Below, piece after piece: positions 59,527-64,000 of a DNA stretch of 64,000 nt; position 1 is the first letter of the stretch; each line of letters opens with the position of its first letter. A program made the translations under genes and the position numbers. Under the pieces are notes generated by a model, which was not told the DNA's origin, made no database searches, and was given only the letters and a program-made list of their open reading frames with translations. The DNA lies in assembly GCA_045802645.1 (NCBI GenBank), contig JBJMQQ010000013.1:1588-65587 (forward strand). The letters are read 5' to 3'. Source of the DNA: Polyangia bacterium. GTDB lineage: Bacteria > Myxococcota_A > Polyangia > Fen-1088.

Positions 59527-62084
59527 GCACGACGGCCGCCGGCCACGCCACCGGGGAGCCGGACGCCTTCTGGGCGGCGGAGCCCGGCGACCTGTACGGG
59601 CGGCTGCAGAGCACCGCGCTCGGCCTCGCTGCTGACGAGGCCGCCGCGCGCCGCAAGTCCGTCGGCCCCAACGCGCTGGCGCAGGGGCGGCGCACCGACT
59701 TGCCGGCGCTGATCGCCGGCCAGCTTGGCAACCCGATCGTCCTCATCCTGCTGGTGGCGACGGTGCTGGCAGCGCTTTTGGGCGACGCCGCCGACGCGGC
59801 GATCGTGCTGGCGATCGTCGTGTTGTCGGCGGCCGTCGGTGTCTGGCAAGAGCACGGCGCTTCGCGCGCGGTGAAGCAGTTGATGGCGCAGGTCGCGACG
59901 CGCGCCCGCGTGCTGCGCGACGGCGCGGTCTGTGAAATCCCGATCGCCGACGTGGTCCCCGGCGATGTCGCGCTGCTGGACGCCGGCCGCAGCGTACCCG
60001 GCGACGGCCGTTTGCTGGAGGCCCGCGATCTCTTCGTGTCAGAGGCGCCGCTGACCGGCGAGAGTGAGCCCGCGGAGAAGGGCGCGGCTGCCAGCCCCGC
60101 CGATGCGCCGCTGGCCCGGCGAACCAGCGCCGTGTTCCTGGGGACGCACGTGGTCAGCGGCGCAGCGCGCGTGCTGATCGTGCGCACGGGGCCGCGCACG
60201 GAGCTGGGGCGGGTCGCCGCGCGCGTGGCGGCGCGTCCGCCCGAGACGGACTTCGAGCACGGCCTGCGCCGCTTTGGCTACCTGCTGATGGAGCTGACGC
60301 TGCTGCTGGTGCTGGGGATCTTCGCCGTGAACGTCTACTTCGCGCGCCCGGTCCTGGAGTCGTTGATGTTCTCGCTGGCGCTGGCGATCGGGCTGACGCC
60401 GCAGTTGTTACCGGCGATCGTGGCGGTCAACCTGGCCCGCGGCGCGTCCCGCATGGCGGCCCAGAAGGTGATCGTGCGGCGACTGGCGTCGATCGAGAAC
60501 CTGGGGAGCATGACGCTGCTGTGCTCCGACAAGACGGGCACGCTGACGGAAGGGCGGCTGACGTTCGAGGGAGCCGTCGACGGCGATGGTCAGCCAAGCG
60601 AGCGCGTGCGGCGGCTGGCGTTCTTGAATGCGGCTCACGAGACCGGCTACGCCAGCCCGCTGGATCAGACGTTGCGCGACCTGGCGGTCACGGCCGTGGA
60701 CCCGGCTGACAAGCGTGACGAGATCCCCTTCGACTTCGTGCGGCGGCGCCTGTCGGTGCTGCTGGCGACCGACGGGGGCCTCCTCATCACGAAGGGCGCC
60801 GTGGGCGCGGTCCTGGATGCGTGCGACACGGTGGCGACGGCCGCTGGCGTCGTGCCGCTGGACGGGCGCCGCGCGGCGATCGAGGCGGGCTTCACCGGCG
60901 CGTGCGACGACGGGCTGCGCGTCATCGCCGTCGCGACGCGCGCGCTGCCCGGGCGTGTCGCCGTCACGCGCGACGACGAGCGCGGCATGACCTTCGCGGG
61001 GCTGGTTCGCTTTCACGATCCACCCAAGGCCGACGTGCGCGCCGCGCTGGACGAGCTGGCGGGCCTGGGTGTGGCCGTCAAGGTGGTCACCGGCGACAAC
61101 GCGGCGGCGGCGCGCGCGCTGGCGCGGCGGTTGGGGATCGCGGCGCCGGTCGTCGTCACCGGGACCGAGCTGCGCCACGCCGCCGCCGCGGCGCTGCCCG
61201 CGCTGGCCCGCACCGTCGACATCTTCGCGGAGGTCGAGCCGACCCAGAAGGAACAGATCGTCACCGCGCTGCGCCGGTCGGGCCACGTGGTGGGATTCCT
61301 GGGCGACGGCATCAACGACGCGCCGGCCCTGCACGCGGCCGACGTCGGCATCTCCGTCGCGGGCGCCGCCGACGTCGCGCGCGAAGCGGCCGACCTGGTG
61401 CTGCTGGAAAAAGAGCTGAGCGTGGTCGCCCGCGGCCTGCGCGAGGGGCGCCGCACCTTCGCGAACACGCTGAAGTACGTGTTCATGGCGACCAGCGCCA
61501 ACTTCGGAAACATGTTCAGCATGGCCGGCGCCTCGCTGTTCCTGCCGTTCCTGCCGCTGGTCCCGAAGCAGGTGCTGCTGACGAACATGCTGACCGACAT
61601 GCCCGAGATGGCGATCGCCTCCGACACCGTCGACGACGCGGACGTCGCGCGGCCGCGCCGCTGGGACCTGGGGCTGGTCCGCCGCTTCATGATCGTGTTC
61701 GGCCTGGTCAGCTCGGTGTTCGACTACCTGACGTTCGGGGCTTTGTTGTGGCTGGTCGGCCCGCAGCCGGCTGCGTTCCGGACGGGCTGGTTCGTCGAAT
61801 CGGTCGTCTCGGCCGCCAGCGTCGTGCTGGTCATCCGCAGCCGGCGGCCGCTGGGCCGCAGCCGGCCCGGCCGGGCGCTGGTGAAGGCGACGGGGCTCTG
61901 CGTCGCGGCGACCGTGGCGCTGCCTTTCTCCCCGCTGGCCCGGCCGCTGGGACTGGTGCACCCGCGCCCGGCCGTGCTGGCGCTGATCGGCGTCATCGTC
62001 GTCAGCTATGTGGCCGTCGCCGAGCTGGTGAAGCGGTGGTTCTTTGCCCGATTCGTACCCGAGATCGTAGACCCGCGGGCGTAA
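59523..62084 (+). CDS. mgtA: Magnesium-translocating P-type ATPase
   Basis: DKTGTLT, GDGINDAPAL, TGES motifs. MgtA-like N-terminal region and 10 TM helices. Confidence 0.88.
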   Translation: MSTTAAGHATGEPDAFWAAEPGDLYGRLQSTALGLAADEAAARRKSVGPNALAQGRRTDLPALIAGQLGNPIVLILLVATVLAALLGDAADAAIVLAIVVLSAAVGVWQEHGASRAVKQLMAQVATRARVLRDGAVCEIPIADVVPGDVALLDAGRSVPGDGRLLEARDLFVSEAPLTGESEPAEKGAAASPADAPLARRTSAVFLGTHVVSGAARVLIVRTGPRTELGRVAARVAARPPETDFEHGLRRFGYLLMELTLLLVLGIFAVNVYFARPVLESLMFSLALAIGLTPQLLPAIVAVNLARGASRMAAQKVIVRRLASIENLGSMTLLCSDKTGTLTEGRLTFEGAVDGDGQPSERVRRLAFLNAAHETGYASPLDQTLRDLAVTAVDPADKRDEIPFDFVRRRLSVLLATDGGLLITKGAVGAVLDACDTVATAAGVVPLDGRRAAIEAGFTGACDDGLRVIAVATRALPGRVAVTRDDERGMTFAGLVRFHDPPKADVRAALDELAGLGVAVKVVTGDNAAAARALARRLGIAAPVVVTGTELRHAAAAALPALARTVDIFAEVEPTQKEQIVTALRRSGHVVGFLGDGINDAPALHAADVGISVAGAADVAREAADLVLLEKELSVVARGLREGRRTFANTLKYVFMATSANFGNMFSMAGASLFLPFLPLVPKQVLLTNMLTDMPEMAIASDTVDDADVARPRRWDLGLVRRFMIVFGLVSSVFDYLTFGALLWLVGPQPAAFRTGWFVESVVSAASVVLVIRSRRPLGRSRPGRALVKATGLCVAATVALPFSPLARPLGLVHPRPAVLALIGVIVVSYVAVAELVKRWFFARFVPEIVDPRA

Positions 62085-62170
62085 GGCGCGCAGATTATGC
62101 GCGAGCGTGCGGGCCGGCGCAGGAATTGCGGCGGCCTGGAAAAACAGCCGCGCTGGACAGGACTTCCCGG

Positions 62171-62186
62171 TGGCGCGGCGGTTGCA
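62171..62186 (+). promoter_or_regulatory. Sigma-54 promoter-like element TGGCGCGGCGGTTGCA upstream of sigma-54 activator gene
   Basis: -24 TGGCGC, -12 TTGCA, exact spacing. Followed by AGGAG 62201-05 and GTG 62217. Confidence 0.5.
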
Positions 62187-62216
62187 ATCCCGACCATCCA
62201 AGGAGCTGTGCGCACC

Positions 62217-63599
62217 GTGGAAAGCAAAGGACGGATTCTGATCGTCGACGACGAGGTCAATGCCCGCACCGCGCTCGTCGAGCTGCTGCGCGACGAGGGC
62301 TACGCTGCCGAGTCGGCGGCCGACGCGTTCAAGGCGCTGGGCAAGGTGGCGGACTTCGCGCCCGACCTGGTGGTCACTGATCTCAAGATGCCCGGGATGG
62401 ACGGGCTGCAGCTGCTCGCCAAGCTGCGCGAGGGCGACCCCGACCTGCCGATCATCGTGATGACCGCGTTCGGCGAGGTCGAGACGGCAGTGAAGGCGAT
62501 GCGCTCGGGCGCGCGCGACTACCTGTCCAAGCCCGTCAACGTCGGCGAGCTGTCCGTGGTCGTCGCGCGGGAGCTGGAACAGCGGCGGCTGCGCGCCGAG
62601 ACCGGCCTCTTGCGCCAGCGCCTGTCGGAGAAGTACAGCTTCTCGAACATCATCGGCAGCGCGGCGCCCATGCAGGCGGTGTTCAAGACGGTCGCCCAGG
62701 TCGCGTCGTCGCGAGCCACCGTCCTCATCACCGGCGAGTCGGGGACGGGCAAGGAGCTCATCGCGGCGGCCATTCATCAGCGCAGCACGCGCGCGAGCGG
62801 ACCGTTCGTGAAGCTGCACTGCGCGGCCCTTGCCGAATCGATCCTGGAGAGCGAGCTCTTCGGGCACGAGCGCGGCTCGTTCACCGGCGCGCAGGCGCGC
62901 CGCGACGGGCGCTTCTTCCAGGCCCACAACGGCACGCTGTTCCTGGACGAGATCGGCGAGATCTCGCCGGCCGTCCAGGTGAAGCTGCTGCGGTTCCTGC
63001 AGGAGCGCGAGTTCGAGCGGGTCGGGGGCAACGACACCATCAGCGTCGACGTGCGCCTGCTGGCCGCCACGAACCGCAACCTGCAACAGATGGTCGCCGA
63101 CGGAAAGTTCCGCGAGGACCTCTTTTATCGCCTGAACGTCATCACCGTCGAAATGCCGGCGTTGCGCGCTCGGCTCAGCGACGTGCCGCTGCTGGCGTCG
63201 TTTTTCCTGCGCAAGTACGCCGCCGAGAACGGCAAGGACGTCCGCGGCTTTTCGGGCGAGGCCCTGGATCTGCTGAGCGGATATGCCTGGCCAGGGAACG
63301 TGCGCGAGCTAGAGAACGTCGTCGAGCGCGCCGTGGTGCTGGCGCAATCCGCCGAGGTGACGCCGGCGGATTTGCCCGCCCATCTCGGCGCCGGCAAGGG
63401 GCGCGCCGGCGTGCAGATCCCCGGCGCGACGATGGACGACATCGAGCGCTACGCGATCACCAAGACGCTGGAGGCGACGGGCGGCTCGACGAGCCGGGCC
63501 GCCGAGATGCTGAACATCAGCGTCCGCAAGATCCAGTACAAGCTGCACGAGTACGAGAGCGCCCCCAAGTCCGCCCGTTCCGCGATCAGTCAGGCGTAG
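62217..63599 (+). CDS. Sigma-54-dependent response regulator (NtrC family: receiver + AAA+ + Fis HTH)
   Basis: ILIVDDE...VVTDLKMPGMDG receiver. GESGTGKE Walker A. GAFTGA-equivalent GSFTGA. C-terminal HTH AAEMLNISVRKIQYKL. Confidence 0.88.
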   Translation: MESKGRILIVDDEVNARTALVELLRDEGYAAESAADAFKALGKVADFAPDLVVTDLKMPGMDGLQLLAKLREGDPDLPIIVMTAFGEVETAVKAMRSGARDYLSKPVNVGELSVVVARELEQRRLRAETGLLRQRLSEKYSFSNIIGSAAPMQAVFKTVAQVASSRATVLITGESGTGKELIAAAIHQRSTRASGPFVKLHCAALAESILESELFGHERGSFTGAQARRDGRFFQAHNGTLFLDEIGEISPAVQVKLLRFLQEREFERVGGNDTISVDVRLLAATNRNLQQMVADGKFREDLFYRLNVITVEMPALRARLSDVPLLASFFLRKYAAENGKDVRGFSGEALDLLSGYAWPGNVRELENVVERAVVLAQSAEVTPADLPAHLGAGKGRAGVQIPGATMDDIERYAITKTLEATGGSTSRAAEMLNISVRKIQYKLHEYESAPKSARSAISQA

Positions 63600-63600
63600 G

Positions 63601-64000
63601 TCAGCCGGCGACGGGCAGCGTGAAGGTGAAGCAGGTGCGGCCCGGCCGCGAGGCCACCCGGATCGTGCCGCCGTGGTCGGCGACGATCCGGTGCGCCAGC
63701 GACAGCCCCAGCCCGGTCCCCTGATCCTTGGTCGTGAAGAAGGCGTCGAAGACCGGCAGGTCGTTCGGGAACCCGGGCCCGTCGTCCTCGACGTCGATCT
63801 CCAAGGTCTCTCCGTCGCGCCGCGCCCGTAGCGTGAGAAGGCCGCCCCGGCCCTGCATCGCCTCCACCGCGTTGCGGATCAGATTGAGCAGCACCTGGCG
63901 CAGGCGCTCGGCGTCGCCGGTCGCCGCCGGCAGTTCGGCCGGGACATCGAGGGCCAGCGTGACGCGCGCCGCTTCGGCCTCCGGCCCGACCAGCCCGGCG
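63601..64000 (-). CDS. Sensor histidine kinase, C-terminal HATPase_c domain (N-terminus beyond window end)
   Basis: NLIRNAVEAM...DDGPGFP...GTGLGLSL... G1/G2 boxes. The frame is open to the window edge. Confidence 0.8.
   Translation of the reverse strand, partial: AGLVGPEAEAARVTLALDVPAELPAATGDAERLRQVLLNLIRNAVEAMQGRGGLLTLRARRDGETLEIDVEDDGPGFPNDLPVFDAFFTTKDQGTGLGLSLAHRIVADHGGTIRVASRPGRTCFTFTLPVAG

Noticed and set aside
60408-63086. 892-aa minus-strand ORF across mgtA and the sigma-54 regulator gene
   Set aside because: Antisense shadow. P-type ATPase and NtrC motifs are on the plus strand.
1-64000. Mobile elements, integrases, toxin-antitoxin or defence systems
   Set aside because: I found no transposase, integrase or recombinase, no cas or restriction domains, no terminal inverted repeats and no compositional island. 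The window looks like core chromosome.

Overview
This is a 64-kb window of very GC-rich (~70%) bacterial chromosome. I assign it to Myxococcota because of two MYXO-CTERM sorting signals, a Myxococcus-type cysteine-rich repeat protein, many Gly-rich-linker lipoproteins and sigma-54 enhancer-binding proteins. Most gene starts overlap the preceding stop (ATGA/GTGA/TAATG), so the window is organised into tightly coupled operons. In order of position the window contains:
- 1-4075: 3' end of a giant Cys-rich tandem-repeat surface protein with a MYXO-CTERM tail.
- 4081-7283 (-): an SH3b-like secreted protein, an SPFH/band-7 protein and a small hypothetical.
- 7313-12723 (+): a 4-gene signalling operon. 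It encodes a small hypothetical, a sigma-54 activator with a Cys cluster and an apparent homopolymer frameshift, a periplasmic-TPR sensor kinase-like protein, and a paralogous atypical receiver.
- 12717-17948 (-): an operon of a DUF1592-family lipoprotein, a Tat-secreted DUF1552 protein, an RCC1 beta-propeller and a jelly-roll-like lipoprotein.
- 18133-24534: two paralogous cobalamin riboswitches. One precedes metE on the + strand and one precedes nrdAB (class Ia ribonucleotide reductase) on the - strand. metE and nrdB converge and their 3' ends overlap.
- 24580-32689: a MYXO-CTERM putative polysaccharide deacetylase, a Cys-rich lipoprotein, a GH15 glucoamylase-like enzyme, an HExxH metalloprotease-like lipoprotein and a small lipoprotein.
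- 32723-41877: a nitrate assimilation cluster (nirB-nirD-narK plus a standalone NIT-domain protein, divergent from nasA and an FAD/BFD electron-transfer subunit).
- 41938-42945 (-): an outer-membrane beta-barrel protein.
- 43080-53456: a membrane-lipid island with two sigma-54 promoter candidates. It comprises a PAP2 phosphatase/transferase, an MMPL exporter, a PimA-like GT4, a CDP-alcohol phosphatidyltransferase, a flippase-like UPF0104 protein, an O-methyltransferase, and an acyl-CoA desaturase followed by an intramembrane histidine kinase and an OmpR regulator.
- 53696-58904: a GST, phosphoketolase-acetate kinase (xfp-ackA) and a FUSC-family membrane protein.
- 59106-64000: a small membrane protein ORF coupled to an MgtA-type Mg2+ P-type ATPase behind a sigma-54 promoter. 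A second sigma-54 activator follows, with its convergent histidine kinase running off the window.
I found no CRISPR array, tRNA/rRNA or mobile element. Many long antisense/shadow ORFs are GC artefacts. The most novel candidates are the lipid island (a possible inositol-type glycophospholipid synthesis and export cluster with sigma-54 control) and the Cys-cluster sigma-54 activator / TPR kinase / twin atypical-receiver operon.
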